A DNA stretch of 64,000 nt from the human T2T-CHM13v2.0 reference genome, Homo sapiens, in the NCBI RefSeq assembly GCF_009914755.1, contig NC_060928.1; one strand, written 5' to 3'. The notes below the pieces were generated by a model. It had not been told where the DNA came from. It made no database searches and saw only the letters and a program-made list of their open reading frames with translations. Below are positions 25,811 to 39,330 of this stretch, one piece after another; the first letter of the stretch is position 1, and each line of letters starts with the position of its first letter. The translations under genes and the position numbers were made by a program.

Positions 25811-26328
25811 TCAGAATGACATAATTTTAGAAGGAAGTGAACTTAACATTTATTTTCTTATTTTCTCCATTTTTCCCCAGCTCTGTAACACTTACTTTCA
25901 TCACAATTAGAATGATTTGCTCTGCCTTTTCTGTAGGCAGAAATTTAAATCTAAATGAGATTCTGAAGTGGGAAATAATATTCACAAGCAAGTACTGTCA
26001 AAGCTTATGCCAGATGCTACTCTGTTAATTTTTAGAGCATTAATTTCAGCATTGTTATATCCTAATATTAGCTGACACCACAAAGACTCAAATGTATCAA
26101 GGCTCTTTTTGCTGCTCACTCGTGGTTCTGCCTGCCTTTCTGCATCTAGTACTAATTCTCTTCTGAGACAGAAAATGGCTAGGTAGTCATTTGTTCAGTA
26201 TCAGACCTTAGTTTCCTCATCTGTAAAGTAAAGATACTAACAGTAACTTCTTAGCACAGAGCCTGGCACATCAGAAAGAGCTTGATCATTACTATTAGCT
26301 ATCATGACTTTTATTATCATTGTTATTA

Positions 26329-26631
<303 letters not shown>

Positions 26632-28404
26632 TAACAAGCTCCAGTCTTCTCCTTGATATATTTTTTTCCAAAGACCATAATTATACCCTTGCTTTTTGTT
26701 TTCCCTCTTAGATCTTCCCTAAATTTGCCCATCTAGACAGCCGTCCACAAATCTATATCTACAGATTGGACCAAATTATTCCTCTAAAGGACTAATATCT
26801 TCTTTTCTTTTTTACTCACTACAGAAGCTAGCAAAAATGTTAGCAAAGCTTTTAAAATAATTTCATTTTATTTAAATTGCATCAAAGCCACAGAATAATT
26901 TCTCAGAAGTTGTTTTTTTCCTTTCTTGTGTGAATTTTTTAAAAGCATGCTAGAATAATGTAGACTCTCTCTCCACTGGAAATTTTTTTAAAATGGAGAG
27001 TGAAAATCAGAGTCAGCTAAAGAGTAAATGCAAAAGTGCTTGGCCCTAGCTTAAGGACACCTGTAAAGCGGGGAGGTGGGGCTTAAAACAGAAGGGCTTC
27101 CAAGAAATGATTTCCTTTGTGCTCAGTGATTCTGGAAACACTATAACTGTTATTTGGAAGTGATTCAGGACTTTAAAAATTTGTTTTGAAAGTGTATAGC
27201 AAACAAAAATCAACAATTTATGTTTCCAAGTTTGAATGAAATAAATTTGAATTCATAACAATATTTATTCAAAATCTATGACATAGAGAAAATATTTGCT
27301 TTAATAATGCAGCTGTTCATTTATAGTGTGTGATGGATGTCAACTTATTTTAAAATTTTGCATCCTGTCAAAATCACTTAGAATCACAGGTCTAGAGTAA
27401 TAAATTTTGAGGGAAGATCCTACTATTAAATGGCAGCAAATTTGTGAAACCCCTGTCAGGGAGTTCAATAGAATCAGTTCAGGAGAAGCAGCACAGCCAT
27501 CCCAGTAAAGGCCAGCCCTTCACCCTTCACACCCCAGACTCCTGCTAGCAGACCCTGTGTTGCTGTCTCCGCAGGGCAGGCTTGCACTTCTGCAAAGTCA
27601 AACAAACCTGTAAGTTTTTGGCAATAGTGGTGGCTAAGACATTAGGCCTCGATCTATATGCTGTCTCAGTTATCTACTATCTACTGTGACTTTAGACAAG
27701 TTACCTTTCAATACATTTCACATACTCACTCATTTATTCATTCATTCAATAAATATTTTTGAGCGCCTACACTGTGCCAGCGACAATGTTGTACACTGAG
27801 TATATAATCAATGGTTTATAGAAACAAGTGTGTTCTTTGTGGCAGACACCATAGGTTCGCTGACTAATGCCCATTATACACCCCCTTTGCCACTACTATT
27901 CCACAACTAACTGCTTGACATGACTTAACTTCCCTGAGTCATGTTTCTCATCTGTAGAATGGCTGGGTTGGGCTATATTTACTCTATGGTCTCATCCAGC
28001 TCTGCGACGATGTCTGCCTGAATTCTGCGTGTTGTTAAGATCTTACCTTGTGCAAGCACTAAATATAACTGAGCTAGCAGGGGTGGCGGTAAGAATACGG
28101 TGGTGGCGGGGGGTGGAATATAAAGCATGAAAGCAGACTAAGGCCTACCAATGGTACAGGAGGAGTAGGCATTGTCTACATAGCATGTCAATAGGAGAAC
28201 TACAAATTTTCTCCACCCCAAATATCTCTCCTACCAAAGCTTCTGTCAATGGAGGGGGCATAGAACCTGGGAAATCACATCATGTTCTTTCCAACCACCA
28301 AAAATTTTACACCCATAAAGCTAGGCTAAAACAAATATCAAGGGCAGAAAGAGATCACAAATGAGGGAGGATGTCATCTGTCCTGAGGAAGGAGGGAAAG
28401 CAGT

Positions 28405-28548
28405 ATACAATTTGCCCTGGTAATGAACTGCACATAATACCAACAGCATGTTATATAATTTGCCCTGGTAATGAACTGCACATAATACTGACAGCATGTT
28501 ATATAATTTGCCTTGGTAATGGACTGCACATAATACTGACAGCATGTT
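28405..28548. repeat. Tandem repeat, 3 x 48 bp
   Basis: Units start at 28405, 28453 and 28501: atataatttgccctggtaatgaactgcacataatactgacagcatgtt, with 2-3 differences between adjacent copies. Confidence 0.97.
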
Positions 28549-29065
28549 GTAAAGAAAATTTGCTATGGAATGTGTAGATTTTGCTATTTGACTGTGGTGG
28601 TTTTTGCATTACTTTGGTCATCCTGTCGAATTCTTTAACAGCTAGTTCACACCCATCTCCCTCTGAAAGGCCGCCTGAACTCCTGACTTCGTGCAGGAAA
28701 GAAGACAGAGCTTTAGGAGGACTTAGGGACCACAGGAAAAGGCCTTAAGCAGCGAGGAAGGAACATTCAAGCCAGCTCTCTTGTCCTTTTCTTGTCCTAC
28801 ATTTTGATAAATCAATGTAGCTAATAAAGATCCTCCCAAGTAGAGGAGAATAAAGAAAATCTTTGAAATGGGATTTTGGGAAGGAGGTTATGCAGGGACA
28901 ATTGGAGTTAGGAAAAAAAGGCTGCATACATTATCTGGATTCATGTTGCTCTAGTGTTCGTTTCCTTTTGTTATTCCTCATTTGGGGTAAAATTTTGCTT
29001 AACTAAACAGTTAAGCAAATCTCAGCTTATCTCAGCTGAACTATAGGGTGTGAAGAGAAGGTTCA

Positions 29066-29720
29066 TGTATCAGTTAAGGCTCCATCAGAGGAACAAAACA
29101 GTCAGAAGGATATATATATAGAGGGAGAGAGAGAGAAAGAGATATATTATAAGGATTTGACCTTAGACAATTGTGGGATCTGATTAACCAGTCTATGTGA
29201 AGCTGTTGGCTTTGCATTTGGTGCTGGATCCTGAAGTAAGCAGGACAGAAAGCTGGATGGGGAAGATTGATGTGAAGTGAAGGAGAACAAAGACAAGCTG
29301 GAACTCACAGAGACTGACCAGAGCTGTGTTGGTTTCTCACTGCCTCCAAGCCTTCCATTTTGATGATGCAGTATCCTACAGAAGTTGGTGCCCTTTATCA
29401 CAGAGTTCAATATGCACGTGGTCCAGGAGTCAGAGAAACTGCATGAGGATCCAGCGGGAACTAAAGGAGCTGCAGCCTTGGCTGTATGCCCAGCCAAGAA
29501 AATGAGCCAGAAGATAAATAATATGCATGAGCAGGAGAGCACCTGGTGCCTCTGGATTGGCCTTCCAGACATAAAAAGAATACAGCTAGCTACTTCCTCA
29601 ACTTTCAAATCTCATGCAAATGATCTTTTATGGGCCCCTAACTCAGAAGTATGCAAGGAAGTGACTTCTGGAAAATACAATCCCAGCTTAGCTAGGCTGA
29701 CACAATACAAATCCACCACA
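29066..29720 (-). mobile_element. Old ERVL-class solo LTR (LTR41/MLT2-like)
   Basis: TG...CA ends (tgtatcagttaagg ... gctgacacaatacaaatccaccaca) and an internal (TA)(GA) run typical of these LTRs. Confidence 0.55.
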
Positions 29721-30789
29721 AATAATTTTTTCCACACTTGTACTTATTAAGTGAGGAAGTAGTGCTCTAGGACCATCACAATAACAGCAATAATCATTAG
29801 GTGATTCCAAGGGGATAATAATACAAGACCTGGGCAGCATAGTCTTGCTGTCCCTCCCCTCCAGAAAATTCCACTTACAGTGCAAACTCATTTACTTGTA
29901 ATATGGATGGAAGTATTTCCTTAAATATATGCACAACCATGGGTATTCTTCAGTATGAGCTAAGAGAACCATCCCCTTAACTTTTTTCCCCATCTCCTGC
30001 CTCCCTGTTTCATTACTCAGATACCTGAAAAGTCCTGGGTGAAGGACTGTCTTCCCAGTTCACTATACCTGAAGAGTAGCTCTAACTCTACCAGTCTAAC
30101 AATGTACACATTTATCATTCCTACCAATAAAATTAAGCCACTTCTAAAAAAATTGCAGTGCTTAATTATACAAAAAATGTTTTCAATAATAAGATGCTAA
30201 AATTAAAAATTAATATACTTCTGCTTCTTGTTAGGGTATAGAAAGTCTCAAATGACTACTGTTTTCACACTAACAAGAACAAGCTGAGTAAGCTAAAGTA
30301 TCAAAATAAATCATAGTTTTTAGGAATCATCAAAGAACTGAGAAGTGAACATAAATGAACTTGAGCTTATATGGAACTAAATTCCAAAAAAGGAACCAGT
30401 CTTTTTAAGAGAAGGGAGATCCATGAATGCTTATATCCCTGTTAGGAAAACAACAGTAAACCTGCTGCTGATAAAGGCGTGGAAAAACCAACCTAGCTTT
30501 TAACAAGTTTTGAATGGTTATATATGGGCTGGCATTTCAGAGGAGGAGACCAGAAAGCCCCAATAATACAATAATTTTACACTCACTTGCCAATTGTTTC
30601 CTACAAAGCTTTTACACAGGGTACAACATGGAAAGCTAGGAGTGGAACAAGAGAGCTAGAAGAAATACCTGTGAGGTATACCAAGTATTATCCAAGAGGA
30701 AGGGAATGACCAGTGAACAACGGGGACGAGATCAGAAAGCTCAGAGATCCCCCTGAGTAAAACTGAGCCTTCACTCAGTACATGGCAAG

Positions 30790-31830
30790 CAGAAGTTATA
30801 CAATGGCCAATGAGTACATGAAAAGGTACTCAATATCATTAGTCATTGGGGAAACACAAATTGAAAACACAGTGACATATAATATCATACTCACTAAATG
30901 GCTGCTATCAGAATGACTGGCAATAAATGAATATTAAAGATGTGGAGCAACTGTTGCAACCATTTTGAGAAATCAACAGGTTGTTTTTTTGTTTGTTTGT
31001 TTGGTTTTTTTTTTGAGATAGAGTTTTGCTCTTGTTGCCCAGGCTGGAGTACAGTGGCGCGACCTTGGCCCACTACAACCTCTGCCTCCCAGGTTCAAGC
31101 AATTCTCCTGCCTCAGCCTCCTGAGGAGCTGGTATTACAGGCACCCGCCAACATGGCCGGCTAATTTTTGTATTTTTAATAGAGAGGGGGTTTGACCATC
31201 TTGGCCAGCTGGTCTTGAATTCCTCACCTCAGGTGATCCGCCCACCTCAGCCTCCCAAAGCGTTGGGATTACAGGCGTGAGCCACCGAGCATTTCTGACA
31301 AAACTGTACATACTCCTACTCTATATCCAATTAATTCCACTCCTACGTATTTATCCAAAGGAAATTAAAACTGTGTACACAAAAATAAAGACCTTTACTA
31401 GAAATTTCACAGCAGCCTTATTCTCAACTTGAAACAATTCAAATGTCTATCAACAGGAGAATGAAATACCTACTCTTCATTAATAAAAGGGAACAAACTA
31501 TTGATACATCTCATATGGATGCACCTCACAAAATCATATTGCATGAATGAAGCCAGACATAAGAGTAAATACTATATGAGTTCAGTTTTACAAAGTAGAA
31601 GAACCATGGTAACCCAAGAACCATGGTTGCCCGAAGCAGAGAGGATCTATGGGAAATAATATCTTTGTACCTGCAAAATCAAGCACAGAATGAAGTGATG
31701 TTCTTGGGTAATAGAAATATTCTAGATCTCAATTTGGGGGTTGCTTACACAATTGTATACAATTTTCAAAACCCATAAAACTATGCATTTAACATCTTTG
31801 CATTTTATTGTATATAAGCTAGCTCAACAA
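30790..31830 (+). mobile_element. Old L1 (L1ME-type) ORF2 end and 3' UTR, interrupted by an Alu
   Basis: aatggccaatgagtacatgaaaagg...tcattagtca, aattccactcct, aaatgtctatcaacaggagaatg, tgcattttattgtatataa. Confidence 0.75.
30981..31290 (-). mobile_element. AluSp/Sq-type element
   Basis: (GTTT)n/T tail and diagnostic gagttttgctcttgttgcccagg. Confidence 0.93.
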
Positions 31831-32089
31831 AAAAATCTAAAATTAAAAAATACATATTGAAACTATATTGGAATAATTTTACCACTAGCCATTCTAACCA
31901 ACCTGTACAACAGTCAGCAAACATTCAGTTTTGAGCTTCCTGTAAATTAAGGTCAAGGGTATGTCCATATTTTACCTAAAAGAAAAGATCTTTGACATAT
32001 AAAGGTTTGTTAACACATGAACAAGGGTAACTGTATCAGATTAGTTATGTATCAGCTTACAACTAGCTCTGTCTTCATCTTTATAATTA

Positions 32090-32820
32090 ATCTTTAGCTT
32101 CATCTATTACCAGTCGCCTCCCAAATATGCACTCTGCCTCTACACATGTCCCTCTCCAATCTATTTCTTTACTTATAATCAGAGATCTATGAAAAATGTA
32201 AATATTACAATGATTCCCTCTTGGCTACAAATAAAATCCAGACTTCATAGAGTAGCAAAGAAGATTCTACATAACCTCACCTATACATACCTCTCAAGCA
32301 AGGAGCCAAGGAGCCTCCTACCACTCCTTGCATTGTACCTTCAAGTCTTGTAAAAACCCATTATTAAAATGTCCTTGCAAACACTGTTGTTTAAAATCTC
32401 CATGCCTTGCTCATACTCTTCCCTTTGCCTAGAAAGCCTTTTCTGCCTGCCTTATCCTAAATAACTTATTCATCCTTTCCAGACTTAGCTCAGGTGTCAT
32501 CTTTTCAGGACATGATTCTTGAACCGTCTCATTCCCACAGCATCCACTACAGACTTAGCTTTGAGCATATCATTACTTCACCTGCAAATACTTTTTGAGT
32601 GTCTACTATGTGCCAAGCACTGTTTCTGTCCTTAAAATACAAAATACATCAATTAGCCAAAACAAACCATCTTCATGTAAATTTGATAGTTTGCCTTTTC
32701 AAGCTAAACCACAAATTCCATGAAGTTAAGTCATGGATTTTCATCTCTGTATCTGCAGCACCAAGCACTGTGCCTGGCACATAATAGCTGCTCAGCACAA
32801 ATTCTTGTGATGTGAAATGA
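32090..32820 (+). mobile_element. L2 3' fragments
   Basis: catcctttccagacttagctcaggtgtca, gcacccaagcactgtgcctggcacataatagctgctca. Confidence 0.6.
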
Positions 32821-35069
32821 ACCAAAGGATGGGATAGAACATGTGATGGATACATGTTGATTAGTAGGAACTGAGATGAAAAGATTAATTCAGAACTGCC
32901 TGCGGCGCATAAGCCAAAGAAGAAGACTCTCAGCTGTAGGAAACAACAGAGCAGCTCTGGAAACTGTGGAGAGATGAAGTACAGAAACGAGGCTTCACTT
33001 ACCGCACAATCTTGCCTAGACCTGCCCTACATGAAACAGCCAGAAATAATTCCAAGACCACATACGTGCTGAGTTTTTAGTGGTGGCAGATCCCTGCTGA
33101 CATCCCACCCGAGGATATTTGATTGCTCTGCTGTATTCCAAACCAGATGTCTTTGGATGGCAATCTACTTTCTCTCACCTTGGGGTGGCCAGAGGGGAAG
33201 TGGATTAGAGGTAGGTGGGCCATAGGGTGAGGGTTTTAAAAATTATATTCCATGACTGATTGCCTGAGATTATGTATGAGGTGTGATTATAAAGTAATGA
33301 GAACCATTTTCATGTGTGACTTGTCTTATGTTTTAGTTACACCTCATATGTGGAATGTGTGTCATTTTATACAATGTTTAAAAATTACCACAAGCTAGGG
33401 TATTTGGCAGGAAATGTTAAAATTATTATTGAGTGCTCCTTTGCAAGGTAATGATACTCTGGTTTTAAGGGTCTTTTCTTATGAGAATATGAGAATAAGA
33501 GTCTTTTCTTTTGGGAATATGCAATTCCAGACATGTTCACCTAAGAAAGGAAGAGAGAAATATTTATAAAGTTGTGGTCATCTACACGTTCTGCAGGCTT
33601 TTGACAGTTCTTATAAATTACTTGGCAATAATGATTAACAAAACTTTTGATGAATATATCTTGGACATATATTTAGGATTAAGGAGAGAATTAAAATTAT
33701 GAAAATGAGAATAGTAAAGTATTTGTATACTGAATAATCATCGTAATTCTTGCAAGCATTTACCATTATTATCCAAACGTTATTTAACTGAATCTAGGCA
33801 GGGACTGGACAGACATTATAATACTAAGCAGAGGGTCATATGGACTTTTGTAAAAGAGTGCCTAGTGTATCTACAATAATCCTTTTTGCTGAGTAAGCAA
33901 GAGAATAACCCCATTTTAAGAGCCTAAGATTAGAAGTTAAAGATGTCAAATGTGGAAGAAGTAAGAAAAATAAAAACAATCCTTTATGAGGTTTATAATA
34001 ACTGGATTCGGTCTGTGGGCACAGGGAGCTAAATTTCTTCACTGTCAATATTAGACCTTGAGGGACAAACATAGTCAAACCAGCACGAGAAGCATAAATG
34101 CCAGCAGAAGCCAGAGTTGCACCCAGCAGACTATGAAAAGAGGAATTCAGAAAGCCATTTTATCTGGAGTGTGTAATTTCAAAATGACATAGAGTAGTAG
34201 TTGTCGAACTTTATGGTTCACAGAAATCACCTGGGGTGTTTGTTAGAAGTATCAGTTCCTCATTAAGGGTGGAATAATATCTGCATTTGATTCTCATGCG
34301 GGTGGCCTTCTAACCACATTTTTTAAGTAGTACATAGAAAGGAGAGATTCTTACATAGTTGTAATTTGTTGTTACAACTTTACTATATAACCTAATGGTG
34401 ATAAGACTGAGATAAAGAAAGATTCAGCAAAATTCTCGTTTTGGGAATAAATCTATTTTAAAATGTTTTCTTTGGAGTTTAATTATTTGAGGGGGTCTAT
34501 ATCCTTTAGGGTATATAAAAGAATGCAGTGAGAACTTAATTTTCTCTGGACTATGATTAATGACCTGAAAGTCATGAAGAAATAGGGGAAATAACATAAT
34601 ATAAAATTTAAGGTTACATTTTCAAAGCCAGGGGTTATAATAAATAATCAAGATGGATAGATCAGTGTTGCCAGAGGGTGATGATTTGACATGGAAACCA
34701 GGTCAGAGGCATTCATATTTGTACTGATCTAATTTTAGTATGCAGATAGAGACTCCTTGCTGAGAACTGATTTTGCAAATTTTGCCCAGAATTGCAAATG
34801 TGAGCTCAGAAAGTACTACTCCTATAGCCTCCAAGGGGTCCATGGCTGAGCTTGTCCCATCTGCCAGGGGGATTCTACCATTTGTGTAAAAGTAGCAGCT
34901 GCCACTTCTTTATGTTGATGTGAAACTCTTGAGCAAAATAAAATATTGGCATCTGGGCTTAATTCTACTTTGATGGACACTTTTTCATGCTATATTTGTA
35001 ATGATTCCAGGGGGGATTTTTGAAATAATTAATGAGAAGAATGCATTTCCCAAAATTCCCATTTGAGTT

Positions 35070-35471
35070 TGATGTAGGGCAGGTTCTTGGCTTCGCTTAG
35101 GCAAGAATTCAAGAGTGAGCCAGTGGTTGAAGAAAGCAGCTTTACTGAGGCAGCAGCAGTGCTACAGCTCTGGGATTGCTCCTGCAGAGCAGGGTTACCC
35201 CAGAGGAAGTGTGTCGAGAGTAGCAGCATATGGGCAGTTTGCAGTCACATTTATACCCACTTTTAATGACATGCTAATTATGGGGTGGGTTATTCAGGAA
35301 TAGAAAATAGGCAGTAACTTCCTTGTGTTGCCATGGCATTGGTAAACTGTCATGGCACTGATGGGAGTGTCTTATGGTGATGAGCAGCAGGAGGTACATT
35401 CAGCACCACTTCCCTGTTTCAGTCAGTCTTCATTCTGGTCTGGAGATGAGTTCCACCTGCCTCCCACCTCA
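35070..35471 (-). mobile_element. MER66-like ERV1 solo LTR
   Basis: Reverse strand starts tgaggtgggaggc...ccagaccagaatgaagactgactgaaacaggg; perfect 4-bp TSD agtt. Confidence 0.7.
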
Positions 35472-36572
35472 AGTTCTCATACATGTTTTATTACAAATAA
35501 GTCTGTGACAGAGAAACAGGATCTTATTACTTATGCTAGTACAAATGGGATTGATAAGGTGCTGTATAAGCAAATACAGGAAAAAACTAACTTTTACCAG
35601 TTTAAGTGTGGTACTTCCACATAACAGTAGCTATGCATGTGAGGTTTTAAGATCGTTGAAAATATCTTTATGAAAATGACATGAGGAAAACAACTTCCTT
35701 TTCAGTGCCATTAGGAACATGGGGAAAAGAGAAACACATGTAAAAAAATGCACAGTTGCTATGATTCCAGTATATACAGATTGAAAAGGGGGTAAAAAGC
35801 AGAGAGTGAATAATTTTACCTGGACTTGACTAAAAATCTATCCTAGCAGAGATGGACTGAGTCTTTTTAAAAAATGGATAGACAACGTGGAAAAGTGCAT
35901 TGCATACAAGGGGGTTATCATGGGCATTGGAGGAACCACCGGGAGTTTGATAGGCTACAAGGTGGGCAAGATAAATGTGAAAACTAGAGAGTTAGCCAGG
36001 AACAGAGAGTGACAGTTCAGGAGGCTGGTCTGATTGGGAATAAAATGAGAATCACTGGGGATAAGGCTCCTGCATCAGGACTTTTAAATAGCTCTAAAGA
36101 TGATTATTATGTGTTGCCCAGATTGATAACTACTGCCCTACTGCATCCTTTCCAATGTAGCATGCATATTATATATGAATACTCAACATTTGATGTGAGG
36201 CTTATATATACATAATACCATAACTCAAGCAATGTTTCTTTATCATTACTGCTGCACACAACCAAACTATTATTGTCATTGAAGTTAGGATAGCCTGTGT
36301 GGAAAAGACATGAGAAAGGGGATGGAGGTTTAGGTAGAAGACTTCTCCAGTAGTCCTGGTAATAAGCCCCCATGAAGACAGGCAGTATCACAGGGGATGA
36401 ATAGAAGGTGATGGATATAAGATAATGGTAAGGAGGCAGAAGTGACAAGACTTGATCACATATGAAAGAAGGAGAAGGAGAGATCAACAGTGGCTCAGAG
36501 GTGGTTTGAATGATTCTGTGGATGAACCTAGCATAAATTTTCCCACCTAAAAATATTCAGACCTCACCCATC

Positions 36573-37402
36573 TGTGATGGTTAATTTTACATGTCAAATT
36601 CACTGGGCCAAGAGGTGATTAAACATTATTTCTGGGTATGTCTGTGAGGGTGTGTATTAGTTTGGTTGGGCTTCTATACTGAAATACCATAGACTGGTTA
36701 ACTTATAAACAACGGAAATTTATTTTTCACAGTCTGGAGGCTGGGAAGTCCAAGATCAAGATGCCAGCAGATTTGGCACTCGGTAAGGATCCACTTTCTC
36801 TTAAGTGATACCTTCTTGCTGTGTCCTCCCATGGCAGAAAGGGTGAATGAGCTCTCTGCAACCTCTTTCACAAGTGCACTAATCCCATTCATGAGGGCAG
36901 AGCCTTCATGACTTAATTACCTCCCAAAAGACTCCATCTCTTCATACCATCACCTTGTGGGTTAGATTTCAACATATGAATTTGTGGGTGGGGAGGACAC
37001 AAACATTCAGTCCATAGCAGGATGTTTCCAGATTAGATTCGCATTTAAATTGCTGAACTCAGTAGGCTGCTGTCCCCAGTGTGAGCAGGCATTATATTTG
37101 AGATTCTGAAAAGGGAGACAAAGAAGAAATTAGCCCTTTTTGCTTCCTGCCAGCTGCATGAGCTGGGACATCAATCTTCTCCTGCCCTTGGACTGGAGTG
37201 TACACCATTGACTTCCCTGGTTCTGAAGGCTTCCCAAGTAGAATGGGAATCACACCCCTGGCTTTCCTCGAGCTCCAGCTTGCAGACTGCAAACCATGGG
37301 ACTTCTCAGCCTCCATAATCAGATGAGCCAATTCCTCATAATAAATCTCTTCCTGTTTATAGACATATCCTATTGATTCTGTTTATCTGGAAAACCTAAT
37401 AC
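36573..37402 (+). mobile_element. MLT2 (ERVL) solo LTR interrupted by MLT1A
   Basis: tgtgatggttaattttacatgtcaa start; tgggacttctcagcctccataatc, cctattgattctgtttatctggaaaacctaatac end. Confidence 0.85.
36653..37019 (-). mobile_element. MLT1A0-like solo LTR nested in MLT2
   Basis: tgtattagtt...acacaaacattcagtccatagca; TSD gggtg/ggatg. Confidence 0.85.
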
Positions 37403-37687
37403 TCTATCCTACCAAAACCAGCAGAAACATCGCTTCTTCCATGCAATCCCTGCTATTCCCAATAGTGATCTCTTCTTCTGACCATCCATAGAAACTTACC
37501 TTTATTTCTCTGTAGTATTTAATATTTCTAGCCATTTACTCAAATAATGCACACGTGAATCTATATGGTAGGTGATCCATTAAAATCTCTTTCATATCTA
37601 AGGACTTAAAATTCTGTTTGGTGAATAAATGAAAGTTTAGCTGTTATGCCTCCTGGAAGCTCCTACTCTGAGATATTGGTTCAAAGC

Positions 37688-37900
37688 CAGTGTTCTTAAT
37701 CCTTTTTGTGTGTCTGGATCCTGTTGGCAATCTGGTAAAGCTTACAGATCCCATTTAGAACAATGTTTTTAAATGTATAAAATGAAATTCACAGATTTAT
37801 TTTAAAAAATCATTTATACTGAAATATAGTTATCAAAGTAGCTTTGAAAAACAAACTTGTAATATAACACCATTTGATTCTATATCAATGTATCAAATAA
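37688..37900 (+). mobile_element. hAT-Charlie (Charlie4-like) fragment
   Basis: cagtgttcttaatccttttt...ggcaatctggtaaagc...tgaaatatagttatcaaa. Confidence 0.5.
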
Positions 37901-38049
37901 AATATATTTAAAATATAGACAAATTAAAAATAAATTTATTTTTTAAAGACTTGGGAGGATGTTGTTTTTATTCTTAATAAGAATACTAAGCTGTGGAGAA
38001 GTCTTTGAAAAAGCTATAGGCCTGTCATGTTGGATAAAAAACTGATTTT

Positions 38050-38342
38050 GGCCAGGTGCGGTGGCTTACGCCTGTAATCCCAGCACTTTGGGAGGCCGAG
38101 GCAGGAGGATCATGAGGTCAGGAGATCGAGACCATCCTGGCCAACATGGTGAAACCCCGTCTCTACTAAAAATACAAAAATTAGCTGGGTGTGGTGGCAC
38201 AAACCTGTAGTCCCAGCTACTCAGGAGGCTGAGGCAGGAGAATCGCTTGAACTAGGGAGTCAGAGGTTGCAGTGAGCCAAGATTGTGCCACTGCCCTCCA
38301 GCCTGGCAACAGAGTGAGACTGCATCTCAAAAAAAAAAAAAA
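38050..38342 (+). mobile_element. AluSc-type element
   Basis: ggatcatgaggtcaggagatcgagaccatcctggccaac; TSD aactgatttt. Confidence 0.95.
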
Positions 38343-39149
38343 CAACTGATTTTAATTTTTTTTGTTATTATGTGTCACAGGTATTAAAAATCTTGATTTG
38401 CAAAGGTAAGTTACTACAAATGGATTGAAGCTTTCATAGCTACTTTACAAGACAGAGATAGCTTTTTTCAAGAAACCCATGAATTCTCCATGATTTTTTT
38501 TTAGTTAAATCTCAGTTGTAGTTCAGTTTTTCAACAGAAGACTAATAAATTCCTCTTTGGGTAGATTATCAACTTAATATGCTTTATATTAAAAAGAAAA
38601 AGAAAAGATAGTCCATGGTTCAACTTTGATGCCATCAAAATAAAATTACTTGTAAAGCTTTCTGGAGTGTTTCCAAATTTCTCTTTTAAAGAAATTGGCA
38701 AAGAATTCTGCATCTCATCCTCAGAGGGTAAAGCATAACCTCCAGTGTTGACAGCTGGCAAGGATGTTCCATATTAGCAGTTTAGTCAAGAAAGTTTGTA
38801 TATTTCCAAGGGTATCCATTATGGTGACATTAAGACCCACGTACTGTATTCAAAAGGCTCTTGTCTTATAGACCATTAAGAATTCCTATTTAAACTAGTT
38901 TTGAAAAAAGTTTTAAACAATAAAAATTACTCATCTCTTCCTCATATTGATCAACAAATAATTGTAGATACAAAATACTGTAAAGCAGCATGAATGTGCA
39001 GGGCACCACTGAGAATACACGACTTCATGTTTGAGGATGGTAGAGTTGATCAATAGCTGGCTAACAACATTGCACACTATTTATAGTCATAAAGATTATG
39101 ATTTCATGTGATCTTTCTAATTTAAAAGTAATAATGAGTATATTTTTGC

Positions 39150-39330
39150 AATATACACAACAATTGTAATGTGATATGAAAATGTCTGAGTTTTTTTTGG
39201 TAACAAACTCACAGGCATACCTATACTGTTGTGGTTTATTATTAATAACTAAGCTCATAATTGAAGGGCAGTTAGAGTTAGTGATCACAAATGTATATTT
39301 TTTTCTATCCAAGTTCATGAGCCCCCAAAA
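39150..39330 (+). mobile_element. hAT-Charlie (Charlie4-like) 3' fragment
   Basis: atgtgatatgaaaat, cataattgaagg, ttttctatccaagttcatgagcccc. Confidence 0.45.

Noticed and set aside
28405-28548. CRISPR-like array or repeat protein
   Set aside because: Units are contiguous with no unique spacers, the context is primate DNA with no cas genes, and the repeated peptides simply reflect a unit length divisible by 3.
33184-33200. CTCF-like tggccagagggg (also ctagcagggg at ~28074)
   Set aside because: Mismatches at key core positions; not supportable without ChIP data.
38624-38639. TCF/LEF-like palindrome ctttgatgccatcaaa
   Set aside because: 7-bp arms are expected several times by chance in an AT-rich 64-kb window.
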